A stretch of 64,000 nt of DNA, from NCBI GenBank assembly GCA_965248695.1, contig CBDFKD010000002.1:2176001-2240000 (forward strand), in the 5' to 3' direction. The DNA is from Acidobacteriota bacterium (lineage in GTDB: Bacteria > Acidobacteriota > UBA890 > WLXD01). Positions 31,152 through 41,184 of this stretch are shown here, in pieces. The position numbers were made by a program, and so were the translations under genes. Within the stretch, counting starts at the first letter, position 1, and every line of letters starts with the position of its first letter. The notes under the pieces are model-generated. The model had not been told where the DNA came from, did no database searches, and was given only the letters and a program-made list of their open reading frames with translations.

Positions 31152-31416
31152 GGGTCCTACTCCGTCGGTCGCTGTGCCTTGTCGGGTGGCGGGGTATCAA
31201 GAGCCAGCGTAGGAAGCTTGCCCGCCGAACAAAAGGCACCGACACAGGTCCGCCGGCCAACAGAGGACTGAGCATTGCAGCAGCGACGCCAGAGCCCCAG
31301 AGCGGACTTCACGGCCACCAACGGGAACCTGCGGTCACGGCTGCACGCGCAGCACGTCGCGACCCGGGCGGGCGGGGCGCCAGCCGATCAGCGAACGCGG
31401 CGCGCCGGCACTCCGA

Positions 31417-32421
31417 TCAGTCGTTGTTTCCGGCCGCCACGATTGCTTCGACCGCCTCAACCGCGGCTTCGGAGGTAACCCCGGCTATCGAGTTGAGGCA
31501 GTCGAGCAGGTTGCTGCAATCCGACGACGGGTCGTCGAGCGGGGTCGCAGCGAGCACCTCGGCCGGAATGTCCCGCGCCGCCCGATAGGCGCTGACCATG
31601 CGCTCGAACCAGGCCGGGTCGAGGGTCGAATCCTGTCCGGTCGGATAGTAGACGGCGTTCCCTTCAGTCACCTTCAGGTGCTCGACGGCGTTGGCCAACG
31701 ACTCACGATAGCGCTCGCGATCGGGAGCGCCAACCTGCCCGGCGGTGGCGCGTAGGTAACCGACGGCCCGCTGCCAGACGGCAGGATCCTCTTCCATGCC
31801 GCGCTGACGAGCATACGCCTCCATACGCGACAGCGAGCGTTTCCACTCATCGGGCGAGTACATGCCCGGATGCGGCGGTTGGTGGCACGCCGAGCACGCC
31901 TGCAGATACGCACCGCCGCCCTCGCTGCGCAGGTTCGGAAACTGGCCGTTCTGGGCGTAGTTCCGTACCACCGCGGTGCGGTAGCGACTGTTGACCTGCG
32001 CCGCGATTGCCGCGGGATCGTGAGCGCCGTGCTGTTCGATCAGCTGGCCGGCGACCACGGCTTCCTCGAGACAGGTGGCGCAGGCAGCCGCATGTTGCGA
32101 CCGGTAGCAGTCCACCACGCCGGTGTGACCGTAGAGCTCACAGGGGCAATAGCACGCGATCTTCTCGAGCACTTCCGGGTGGTCGCGGGCAACGCGGTAG
32201 GCGATCAGGATACGCTGCAGGTAGTCGAGCGGCACGAAGTCCTTTCGCGGTGCCGTTGTTGCGGCCGGCGGAGCGCTGCCGGTCTCGTTGGGCGTGCTTG
32301 TCGCTGCCGTGGAACTGCCATCGTCCGCGGCGAGCGTCGAAGAGCTACCGGCGGGTTGACCGCCACACGCCGCCAGGGTGACCACTGCTGCGCCCACGAG
32401 CAGAAACTGCGTTGCCCTCAT
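31417..32421 (-). CDS. Lipoprotein: PCYCGC-like Cys-rich domain + c-type heme domain + degenerate repeat
   Basis: Lipobox LAAC; ACYCPC...GH...DCY...HAAACATC; CSACH; second AYRAARD repeat. Confidence 0.75.
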   Translation of the reverse strand: MRATQFLLVGAAVVTLAACGGQPAGSSSTLAADDGSSTAATSTPNETGSAPPAATTAPRKDFVPLDYLQRILIAYRVARDHPEVLEKIACYCPCELYGHTGVVDCYRSQHAAACATCLEEAVVAGQLIEQHGAHDPAAIAAQVNSRYRTAVVRNYAQNGQFPNLRSEGGGAYLQACSACHQPPHPGMYSPDEWKRSLSRMEAYARQRGMEEDPAVWQRAVGYLRATAGQVGAPDRERYRESLANAVEHLKVTEGNAVYYPTGQDSTLDPAWFERMVSAYRAARDIPAEVLAATPLDDPSSDCSNLLDCLNSIAGVTSEAAVEAVEAIVAAGNND

Positions 32422-32489
32422 GACTCCGTCTCCTCGCATCGACTGCGCCGCCCCGCGCGCACCCTTGCTCTGATCTGTTCCTACGCCGC

Positions 32490-33596
32490 TCAACGCCGCG
32501 GCTGCACCTGCGGTTCGTCCACCTCTCCGCTAGCTTCCCACAACGCGAGGATGCCCCCAAAGCGCGAATCGACGATCTCGATATTAGCGGTCTTGCGTAG
32601 GTTGCGGACGTACTCGTCCATCCGCTCCTGTGACTTGTCCGACGTCAGTCGCTGCCGAATTCCCTCGCGCACATCGCCGAGCTCCGCGATGCTCTCTTCG
32701 CTACGCTCGACTACTTTGACGATCGAATAGCCGAAGGTCGTCTCTACCGGATCCGAAAACGACCCCACGGGCATCGCCGGAACGGCCACTGCCAGGCCCT
32801 CGGTCAGATCACTGACGGCGATGAAGCTGCCGGTATCCGCTACGTGCTGACCGTTGACGTACTTGTCGCCCACAGCACTGGCGTTTTCGCCGGCCCGCAA
32901 CTCGGCCGCGGCGGCGAACGCCTGGTCGCGCAGCGACGCCGGCTCCCCGATGAACACCACCTGTTCGAGCCGTACCTGCTCGGGGGCAGTGAACTCGTCG
33001 TTGTTGTCGCTGTAGAAAGCGTTGATCTCGGTTTCCGAGACGAAGATCTGACGCTGTACCTCGTCGAAGGCCAGGCGCTGCTGGCGTAAGTTGTCGCGTA
33101 ACTGCTCGCGCAACTCGTCCATGGTGAGTCCCATCTGCGCCAACGCCTCGTCGAGCTGCGCCTGCGTCGTAAAACCGTTCGTGTCGCGCAGATTCTGGAT
33201 CTGACGATCCACCATGTTGGCGTCGATCGTGATGCCGACCAGATCGGCACGCTGCAGCATCATCTTTTGATCGACCATCCCGGCCAGCAGCTGCGTGGTC
33301 AGGAAGGGCAGCTGGGCGTCGAGCTCCTCCGCCGGGAACTGTTGCTGTAGAAGCGTGATGCGGTCTTCCAGGACCGTACGTAGGTCGGTCAACAGAATCG
33401 GGTCGCCGTTGACCTTGACGAGCACCATGTTGATGACGTTTTCCGGGACGCGCGGCGTACTCGCCGCCATCGGCGGCATCTCCGGTGCTGCTGCTTCCTG
33501 GGCGCTGGCCGCGAACGGCGTCAGAACGCCGATGGTACCGACCCACAAAGCGCCGAGCGCGGCGATCCGACGGGTCATACCCAGTTTGACGTTCAT
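32490..33596 (-). CDS. surA: SurA/PrsA-type periplasmic peptidyl-prolyl isomerase chaperone
   Basis: Signal peptide, VKVNGDPIL, parvulin-like SDPVETTFGYSIVKV; downstream of mfd. Confidence 0.75.
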   Translation of the reverse strand: MNVKLGMTRRIAALGALWVGTIGVLTPFAASAQEAAAPEMPPMAASTPRVPENVINMVLVKVNGDPILLTDLRTVLEDRITLLQQQFPAEELDAQLPFLTTQLLAGMVDQKMMLQRADLVGITIDANMVDRQIQNLRDTNGFTTQAQLDEALAQMGLTMDELREQLRDNLRQQRLAFDEVQRQIFVSETEINAFYSDNNDEFTAPEQVRLEQVVFIGEPASLRDQAFAAAAELRAGENASAVGDKYVNGQHVADTGSFIAVSDLTEGLAVAVPAMPVGSFSDPVETTFGYSIVKVVERSEESIAELGDVREGIRQRLTSDKSQERMDEYVRNLRKTANIEIVDSRFGGILALWEASGEVDEPQVQPRR

Positions 33597-33822
33597 CTCT
33601 GCTCGACGGTTGTTGGCGGAGCGCTTGTGGGCGGCCCGGTCTCCCCGACCCCGTATGGTGCCGTGGATATGAGAAGGCCGGGAGCGTCTACGGTACGGGG
33701 AAAACGGCGGTCAACACCGTCGATCAGCCTACCACGGAGGGGCCGCGCCCTTCATCCGAAAATCGGCTCCGGGCGCTGCTATGAGTCCGACGTAGAGACT
33801 CCGGCGAGATCGGTACGGAGGC

Positions 33823-36800
33823 TCAGCGGAGCGCATCGAGAACCTCGCGCACCGCGGCCATGAGCCCTGCGGGACTCTGCGACCCGGTAGTCACCACCAG
33901 CCCGTCCGGTGGCGACAGCGCCCAGCTCGGCTCGGATTCCACTTTGGCGATCAGCCGATCCATGGCAATCGGCGCGTCGTCGGATAGTCGGAGCCGCACT
34001 CCGGCCCCCTGGCGCTCGACGGAGCGTACGCCCATCGCCTCGGCCCCCAGTCGTAACGACGCGTAGGAGAACAGCTGCTCGACTTCGGTCGGCACCGCGC
34101 CGTAGCGGTCGCGCAGCTCGGCCTGCAGCTGTTCCAGCTTGTCCTCGGTGCGAGCCGAGGCCAGTCGTTTGCTGACCATCAAGCGCTGCAGCGGGTCCTC
34201 GACGTAGCCGATCGGTATCTGCATATCGATGCCCAGAGTCAGCTGGGCGCGATGTTCCGGCGCCGTTGGCTCCCCCTTGAGCTCGTGTACGGCCTCCTCG
34301 AGCATGCGCGCGTACAGCTCGAAGCCCACCGCCGCGATGTGGCCGTGCTGGCGCTCCCCTAGAAGCGCGCCGGCGCCGCGAATCTCGAGGTCCATGGCCG
34401 CTAGTCGAAAGCCGGATCCGAGCTCGGAGAACTCCTGGATGGCCCGCAGCCGCTTCTTCGCCACCGGCGTCAACGTGTCGACCGGCGGCACCACCAGATA
34501 GGCGTACGCCCGGCGCGTCGATCGGCCTACACGGCCGCGCAGCTGGTACAGCTGCGCCAGGCCGAAGGCGTCGGCGCGATTGATGATGATGGTATTGGCC
34601 ATCGGGATATCGAGACCGTTCTCGATGATCGCCGTGGTGACCAGAACATCGGCCCGCCCCTCGACGAAATCGAGCATCACGCGCTCGAGCTCAGCCTTGG
34701 GTAGCTGACCGTGCGCCACACGGAACTCGGCCTCGGGCACGAACTCCCGAAGCGCCGCGGCGACGCGATAGATCGATTCGACGCGATTGTGCACGAAGAA
34801 CACCTGGCCGCCACGCGACAGTTCCTCGTGGAGCGCGTCGGTGATGATCTCACGGTCGTAGGGGACGATATGCGTGGCGATGGCGTATCGATCCTTCGGC
34901 GGGGTCTCGATGACACTCAGATCGCGTACCCCGAGTAGTGACATCTGCAGGGTGCGAGGAATCGGCGTGGCGGTCATCGCCAGAACGTCAACGCTCCGCT
35001 TGAGCCGCTTGAGCCGCTCCTTCTGCGTCACGCCGAAGCGTTGTTCCTCATCGACCACCAGCAGGCCGAGAACCTTGAATTCGACGTCCTTGCCGAGGAG
35101 CCGGTGGGTCCCCACCGCTATGTCGACGGTGCCGTCCCGGATGGCATTCACGGTGGTGCGGATCTGCGCCGTGGTACGGAACCTCGACAGCATACCGACC
35201 TGCACCGGGAACGCAGCGAAACGAGCCTGGAGGGTACGCCAATGCTGGTACGCCAGGACCGTTGTCGGCGCCAGCACGGCCACCTGCTTGCCTTCCATGA
35301 CGGCCTTGAAAGCGGCCCGCATGGCCACCTCGGTCTTGCCATAGCCGACATCGCCACACAGCAGCCGATCCATGACGATGTTCGACTCCATGTCGCCTTT
35401 GACCTCTTGGATAGCGGTCAGCTGGTCGCCGGTCTCGTCATATTCGAAGCTGTCCTCGAGCTCACGCTGCCATGCCGTGTCCGACCCGAAGGTGTACCCG
35501 ACGGCGGCTTTGCGCGCGGCATAGAGCTCGAGGAGCTCACTCGCCATCTCGCGTAGCGACTCCCGCACGCGGCCCTTTACGTTGCTCCAGCTGGTGCCGC
35601 CCAACTTGTCGATCTTCGGCCGGACCTCATCTCCGGCCTGGTACTTCTGCACCAGATAGAGCTGTTCCAGCGGCAGGTACAAACGATCGCCTTTGCGATA
35701 CTCGATCTCCATGAACTCCGATGTGGAGCCGCCGACCGGGAGCTGCCGAACACCGACGAAGCGACCGATTCCGTGCTCCTCATGGATGACGAAATCGTCC
35801 GGATGCAGGTCGCGGAAATCGCCCCGGAATGCGTCGCCACGAAACCGACGGGTGCGCCCTGGAGGCCGACCACGACCGAAAACCTCGGCATCGGTGCCTA
35901 CCCAGAAGCCGAGGTCCGGCAGTCGGAACCCGACAGACAGCTCGGCGCAGCCGACCTGGCATGTCCCCGGCTTCAGGGCTGCAGCGTCGGCGGTGTCGAC
36001 AGCGTCTTCCAGCTGCAGCGTCACCGGCACTCCGTAGCCCTCGAGAATCTCCGCCAGGCGTTCGGCCTTGCCGGGCTTCGACAACACGAACGCCACCCGT
36101 TCGCCCGCGTCGAGCTCGAGCTTCAGCCCGTGGGCGAGCTCTGCCAGGCGGCCACGAAAGCTGGCAACACTCTGCGCTGTCAGGATCACCTGTTCGCCAA
36201 CCCCCGAAGCAAGCTCGGTGATCTGTATGCGCATGGCACCGGACTGCCGTCGCAACGCGCGGCGCAGGGCGTGCACCAACTCGTCGGGTACGGCTGCGTC
36301 CTGGCCAGCGGCGAGCGCCTGGTGGTAGTGCTCGTCGAGGTAGTCGTGCCAGCGCTCGGCGTTGCGATCGACGACCTCGGGCTCGATCTCCACCCAGGCT
36401 GGCTCCGGCAGATAGTCCACCAGCGCCGCATCGAGCGCAGCGCGGTCGAGCGTCGCCTCGGCCGGATCATCGGCCGCCCGTGACGACGCCGGCGGCAACT
36501 CGAGACCGTCGATCGATCGCATCGAGCGCTGGTCGCGTGGGTTGAACTCACGGATCGACTCGACCTCGTCGCCGAAGAAGTCGAGACGAACCGGATGCTC
36601 GCGCGTAGGTGGAAACACATCGACGATCCCGCCACGAACGGCAAACTCGCCGAGGGACTCCACCAGCGACACGCGACGATACCCGCAGTCGATCAGATGG
36701 CGCGTCAGCCGTATGGGCTCGATCTCGGTGCCGACGTCCAAGCGCAACGATCGCTCGCGGAAGCTCTCAGGCGCCTGGATGCGCTCCATCCAGCAGCGCA

Positions 36801-37170
36801 CCGGCGCCAGTAGGATATCCACCCGCCCGCGGCTGCACCGATCGAGAGTCTGCAGTCGTTCGCGAACAATGTCGTCGTGCGGTGGCACCGCACCGTACGG
36901 GTTGACTTCGAGCGGCGGGAACGCCACCACGGTACCGGCGCGCCGCTCGTGAAAGGACCGCAGATCGAGCAGCAACAGCTCGAGGTCGAGGTCGGCGGGA
37001 ACGGCGACTGCCAGCGGGCGCGCAGCGGCAATCTGCGCCTCGCTCAGGACCGCCGCGAGGTGGCTACCGCTCAACCCCTCCAGGCGCACTTCCCCCCCGG
37101 CGCGCACCGCCGCCAGGGTGGCACCGATCGCGGGACGCTCCCGCAGGGTCGCGAGAATGGCGTCGAGCAT
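33823..37170 (-). CDS. mfd: Transcription-repair coupling factor
   Basis: GEFAVRGGIVD, HGIG, CGDVGYGKTEVA, DEEQRFG, TATPIPRT, QLRGRVGRS. Confidence 0.98.
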   Translation of the reverse strand: MLDAILATLRERPAIGATLAAVRAGGEVRLEGLSGSHLAAVLSEAQIAAARPLAVAVPADLDLELLLLDLRSFHERRAGTVVAFPPLEVNPYGAVPPHDDIVRERLQTLDRCSRGRVDILLAPVRCWMERIQAPESFRERSLRLDVGTEIEPIRLTRHLIDCGYRRVSLVESLGEFAVRGGIVDVFPPTREHPVRLDFFGDEVESIREFNPRDQRSMRSIDGLELPPASSRAADDPAEATLDRAALDAALVDYLPEPAWVEIEPEVVDRNAERWHDYLDEHYHQALAAGQDAAVPDELVHALRRALRRQSGAMRIQITELASGVGEQVILTAQSVASFRGRLAELAHGLKLELDAGERVAFVLSKPGKAERLAEILEGYGVPVTLQLEDAVDTADAAALKPGTCQVGCAELSVGFRLPDLGFWVGTDAEVFGRGRPPGRTRRFRGDAFRGDFRDLHPDDFVIHEEHGIGRFVGVRQLPVGGSTSEFMEIEYRKGDRLYLPLEQLYLVQKYQAGDEVRPKIDKLGGTSWSNVKGRVRESLREMASELLELYAARKAAVGYTFGSDTAWQRELEDSFEYDETGDQLTAIQEVKGDMESNIVMDRLLCGDVGYGKTEVAMRAAFKAVMEGKQVAVLAPTTVLAYQHWRTLQARFAAFPVQVGMLSRFRTTAQIRTTVNAIRDGTVDIAVGTHRLLGKDVEFKVLGLLVVDEEQRFGVTQKERLKRLKRSVDVLAMTATPIPRTLQMSLLGVRDLSVIETPPKDRYAIATHIVPYDREIITDALHEELSRGGQVFFVHNRVESIYRVAAALREFVPEAEFRVAHGQLPKAELERVMLDFVEGRADVLVTTAIIENGLDIPMANTIIINRADAFGLAQLYQLRGRVGRSTRRAYAYLVVPPVDTLTPVAKKRLRAIQEFSELGSGFRLAAMDLEIRGAGALLGERQHGHIAAVGFELYARMLEEAVHELKGEPTAPEHRAQLTLGIDMQIPIGYVEDPLQRLMVSKRLASARTEDKLEQLQAELRDRYGAVPTEVEQLFSYASLRLGAEAMGVRSVERQGAGVRLRLSDDAPIAMDRLIAKVESEPSWALSPPDGLVVTTGSQSPAGLMAAVREVLDALR

Positions 37171-37245
37171 GTCGTGTCGAACCGTCGAGCGGGTGCTTGT
37201 CGAAGTGGCCGCGCTGCCGTGAATGCCCGCTATCTGGCAGGTGGC

Positions 37246-37737
37246 CTAGTCGGCCGGCGTCAACGGTACAGCACGAATGCGGCTGACGATGTCCGTGGTC
37301 GAATAGCCGGGCACCAGCTCGAGGAAGACAACCTCGCCGCCGAGGGCGCGAAACGCGTCCCATTCCGGCATTGGCCGCTGTCGCCAGTCGGCACCTTTTG
37401 CGTAGACGTCCGGACGCAGGCAGGTGATGAGCTCAACCGGGGTGTCGCCGGCGAACGGCAGCACGTAGTCGACCCAGCGGATGGCTCGGAGAAGCTCCAG
37501 GCGCTCCTCGAGGGGCACGATGGGCCGATCCGGTCCCTTCAGTCGGCACACCGACTCATCGTCGTTGACGCCGACCACGAGGCAGTCGCCAAGCGCCCGC
37601 CCCTGTCGCAACCCGTCGAGATGCCCGGGATGGAGCAGGTCGAAGCAACCGTTCGTGAAGACGATGCGCTCGCCGCGCTCTCGGCGTCCGGCCAGCGCTG
37701 TGCGGACATCCGACCACGCGTCTGCCGACTCAGCCAT
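37246..37737 (-). CDS. rfaE2: Heptose-1-phosphate adenylyltransferase-like (HldE domain II) nucleotidyltransferase
   Basis: VFTNGCFDLLHPGH, LKGPDRP, KGADW, STT. Confidence 0.88.
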   Translation of the reverse strand: MAESADAWSDVRTALAGRRERGERIVFTNGCFDLLHPGHLDGLRQGRALGDCLVVGVNDDESVCRLKGPDRPIVPLEERLELLRAIRWVDYVLPFAGDTPVELITCLRPDVYAKGADWRQRPMPEWDAFRALGGEVVFLELVPGYSTTDIVSRIRAVPLTPAD

Positions 37738-39118
37738 CGTCGTCGCCGGCCATCGCGCTCTGATCAATCCCGCCGCGTACCTTCCAGCGCACGCCCGCGT
37801 CAAATTCCCACTCGTGTGGGACTCGCGCGACCCCGACATCGCCGATGTCGGAGTTCAAGCGAAACGAATAGAGGCCGCGATGGTAGTCGTACGGGTTGCC
37901 GTCGCGTCGGTGCACGGCCACGTCGAGGTAGTAGTTGCCGGCCACCAGGTTGATCGCCGGTATGCGTACCCGAATGGTTCCGTCCCCGCCCAGCCCGGCA
38001 GGCTCGAAGCGCTCGATGTCGGTGTTTGTCCCGTAACAGGAGACACCGTTGGCGTTGAAGAGACCGATCCCGAAAACGAAGTCGCCGACCGTTTCGCTGG
38101 CGCTGTAGTCAATCTCGATCGTCATCGGCTCGCCGGTAGAGAACACGTGCCGGACCGCGTCGGCAGCGTCTAGGAACCGGACCGTTTCGATCCGTACCTC
38201 GCCACTGCCCCACCGGCCGGTCTCGTAGGGCGCATCCACCGATGCATCGGACTGTTCCGGCATGCGGTCGGCGCTCTCGAGCTCCTCACCCGCCGCCGCG
38301 ATACGAAAGCGCTCGGCCCGCGTCATCTCGCTTTCTGCCTGTTCGGCCACCCAGTCGAGGTACTGGTCGACCACCCGCACCGGGTCACCGATGGCGGCAA
38401 CACGCCCGTGGTTGATCCACACGGCGCGATCACAGAGCCGGCGAATCGTCTCCATTCCGTGAGTCACCAGCAGGATCGTCTTGCCACGGCGCTTGAACTC
38501 GCCGATCTTGTCGAGGCACTTGTGTACGAACCCCTCGTCGCCGACCGCCAGCACCTCGTCGATGACGAGAATGTCCGGATCGACATGGATCGCCACGGAA
38601 AAACCGAGCCGCATGTACATCCCCGACGAGTAATTCTTCACCGGTGTGTCGATGAATTCCTCGAGCTCCGCAAAGGCGACGATCTCCTCGAAGCGCTCTG
38701 CGATCTCACGCCGCGACAAACCCAGCATGATGCCGTTGATGTACACGTTCTCGCGGCCGGAAATTTCCGGGTGGAAGCCGGCGCCGAGCTCGATCAAGGC
38801 CGACACCTTGCCGTTCAAGCTGACCTTCCCGTCGGTGGGCTTGGTAGTACCGGCAACGATCTTCATGAGCGTGCTCTTGCCTGCACCGTTGGCACCGATA
38901 ACGCCGAACGTCTCGCCGCGGCCTACCTCGAGGCTAACGTCCTCGAGCGCTGTGAAAACCTCGTCGGGCCGCAAGAGCTTGAAGAGGTTGCCACCCACGA
39001 ACGCGCTCTTGAGGGTGAGAAACCGGTGCGATTGGGCGATGCGCCGATAACGCTTCGTGACTTCGTCGACGCGGATTGCAGGGCCCCGCGGCTGGCTGTC
39101 GGACACGGGTTGCTTCAT
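37730..39118 (-). CDS. wzt: Polysaccharide ABC exporter ATPase with C-terminal carbohydrate-binding domain
   Basis: GANGAGKST, YSSGM, DEVLAVGD; RWGSGE-led C-terminal Wzt_C domain. Confidence 0.93.
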   Translation of the reverse strand: MKQPVSDSQPRGPAIRVDEVTKRYRRIAQSHRFLTLKSAFVGGNLFKLLRPDEVFTALEDVSLEVGRGETFGVIGANGAGKSTLMKIVAGTTKPTDGKVSLNGKVSALIELGAGFHPEISGRENVYINGIMLGLSRREIAERFEEIVAFAELEEFIDTPVKNYSSGMYMRLGFSVAIHVDPDILVIDEVLAVGDEGFVHKCLDKIGEFKRRGKTILLVTHGMETIRRLCDRAVWINHGRVAAIGDPVRVVDQYLDWVAEQAESEMTRAERFRIAAAGEELESADRMPEQSDASVDAPYETGRWGSGEVRIETVRFLDAADAVRHVFSTGEPMTIEIDYSASETVGDFVFGIGLFNANGVSCYGTNTDIERFEPAGLGGDGTIRVRIPAINLVAGNYYLDVAVHRRDGNPYDYHRGLYSFRLNSDIGDVGVARVPHEWEFDAGVRWKVRGGIDQSAMAGDDDG

Positions 39119-39119
39119 G

Positions 39120-39926
39120 TCAGACCTCCTCGGCGAAGGAGTCGCGCAGCCGATCGAAGAAGTTGTAGGCGGCGATAAAAAGCACGCCGGAGAGCAGCGC
39201 CGTGATGCCCAACCGCCGCCAGTGAATCAGCTCGCCAGCGAAGATCGCCGCGTGATAGCCCTCGATGATGTGCGTCATAGGGTTCAGCTGCAGTACCAGC
39301 GGCGCCCATCCGCCGGGGTCGTTCTGCTCGGCCAACGACAATGGATAGATAATCGGAGAACCGAAGAACCACAGCGTGAGGATATTGGTCAGCAGATCGC
39401 GCACGTCACGGTAGTGAACAGTCAACGCTGAGAGGAACAGCGCGAACGCGAGTGTGAACAGCATCTGGACCGCGAACACTACGGGCACCCACAAAGCGTG
39501 GACGCTGACGCTCTCCGGTTTGAAGATGAGCCAGAACAGTAGATAGATGGGCAAACCAAGCAAGAAATTGACGGCGTTCGAAAGCACGCTGACCACCGGC
39601 AGCACCTCCGCCGGGAAGATGATCTTCTTGATCAGGCTGCCGCCCATGAGCAGTGAGTTGGTGGCCTCCGCAAGCGCCCCCGAAAACCATGTCCATGGCA
39701 GCAGGCCACAGAACAGGTACAGCGCGTAGGGATCGGTACCCTCGCCGCGCATGGGGGTCAGCACGTACGTAAACACGAAGGTGTACACGCCCAGCAGCAT
39801 GAGCGGGTTGATGAACGACCACAGGAACCCGAGCATCGATCCGCGGTAGCGTGCTTTCAACTCGCGCACGACCAGGGTCTGCACCAGTACCCGGTGCTGC
39901 CACAGACGGCCTAGTGCATGCCACAT
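39120..39926 (-). CDS. wzm: Polysaccharide ABC exporter permease
   Basis: RELKARYRGSMLGFLWS, LIKKIIFP, LNPM. Start could be TTG 39986. Confidence 0.93.
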   Translation of the reverse strand: MWHALGRLWQHRVLVQTLVVRELKARYRGSMLGFLWSFINPLMLLGVYTFVFTYVLTPMRGEGTDPYALYLFCGLLPWTWFSGALAEATNSLLMGGSLIKKIIFPAEVLPVVSVLSNAVNFLLGLPIYLLFWLIFKPESVSVHALWVPVVFAVQMLFTLAFALFLSALTVHYRDVRDLLTNILTLWFFGSPIIYPLSLAEQNDPGGWAPLVLQLNPMTHIIEGYHAAIFAGELIHWRRLGITALLSGVLFIAAYNFFDRLRDSFAEEV

Positions 39927-40037
39927 GGGATGGTGCCCGGTCGGAGCTGATCTGAGCGTCTGCGCAGCGTTCGCTGGAACCGCCAAAGATCCGTGCGGGG
40001 GCCCTTTTGACGCGGAGACGATTCCCGTGCCGACGAC

Positions 40038-41168
40038 TTACTCGATTGCAACCGCGACGCCGTTGCGCAACTCATACACGCGGTGGAACTTGCGAACGTC
40101 GCCCTTTTCATCGAAATCGGTCGCTCCGGTCACCCCCGGGTATGGGTTCATCCCGTTGAGGTAGAACCGCAGTTCTTGTGGGTCGAGGCCGGCTTCCTGG
40201 ATCGCCAGGGCGAGGATGTTTATGGCATCGTACGCGTGCGCCGCGTAAACATCCGGCTCCAGCCCATACAGTTCATAGAACGCCGCAACGAACCGGCGTA
40301 CGTGCTCGTCCGTGCTCTCCGGGTCCCAGGACGGCAACGGGAACCGGAAACCCTCGAGCCCCGCAAAGTCCTCTGCCTTCAGCTCGGCCGGCAGGAACGC
40401 TCCGGTACCGAACAACGCAGCGTCGCTGCCAGCGTTGCGCAACGCCCTCGCGACGGCGGCCGTATCGACCGTGTACCCAGCGATGTACACTGCCGGTGGG
40501 TTTAGTGCTTCGATCGAGCTGGCAATGCGCGCGTAGTCCTCGGCGCTGGCATCCGCCGGGTAGCTCTCTTGCCCGATCTCGCGACCACCAAGGGTGCGGA
40601 AGCGCTGGATGAACGCCGTTTTCTGCCCGAGGCCGAACTCGCTCTGCTGGGCGACTACCGCGGCTTCGCGCAAGCTGACTTTGTTAAAGATGTGATCGGC
40701 GGTGTTGAGTGCCTCGAGATCGTCGCTCGGTATATTCCGATAGATGAAATCGCCTGCGTCGCTGAGCTTCGGGGCGGTGGAGGACGGTGACATCAGGACG
40801 ACGTTGGCTTCCTGGAACAGCGGTGCGATCGCCAGCGTGACATCGCTGACGTCCGATCCGATCGCCGCATTCAGACCGCTGGCAAGAATCTCGCGGGCGG
40901 CCTGAACCCCGACCTGTCGGTCGCTCTGGACGTCGCGGCTGATCAGAGTAACCGGCTTCTGCCCACTTTCGAACACCTGCATGCCGCCGGCCGCGTTGAT
41001 CTCACCGACCGCAAGATCGATGCCTCGCTGGATCGAGTTGCCGTAAGGCGTACCGGATCCGGTGCGTGATACGAGGACGCCGATCCGTATGTCCGGACTC
41101 TCTTCGGCGCACGCAATGCTACCCGCGGCTAACAACACGATTGACGCAAGGATCGAGAATCGCTTCAT
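40038..41168 (-). CDS. LivK-family periplasmic binding lipoprotein (orphan)
   Basis: Lipobox SIAC; LAVGEINAAGG, AAHAYDA, GVTGATDFDEKGD. Confidence 0.85.
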   Translation of the reverse strand: MKRFSILASIVLLAAGSIACAEESPDIRIGVLVSRTGSGTPYGNSIQRGIDLAVGEINAAGGMQVFESGQKPVTLISRDVQSDRQVGVQAAREILASGLNAAIGSDVSDVTLAIAPLFQEANVVLMSPSSTAPKLSDAGDFIYRNIPSDDLEALNTADHIFNKVSLREAAVVAQQSEFGLGQKTAFIQRFRTLGGREIGQESYPADASAEDYARIASSIEALNPPAVYIAGYTVDTAAVARALRNAGSDAALFGTGAFLPAELKAEDFAGLEGFRFPLPSWDPESTDEHVRRFVAAFYELYGLEPDVYAAHAYDAINILALAIQEAGLDPQELRFYLNGMNPYPGVTGATDFDEKGDVRKFHRVYELRNGVAVAIE

Positions 41169-41184
41169 GACGGACCTCCTCGAG

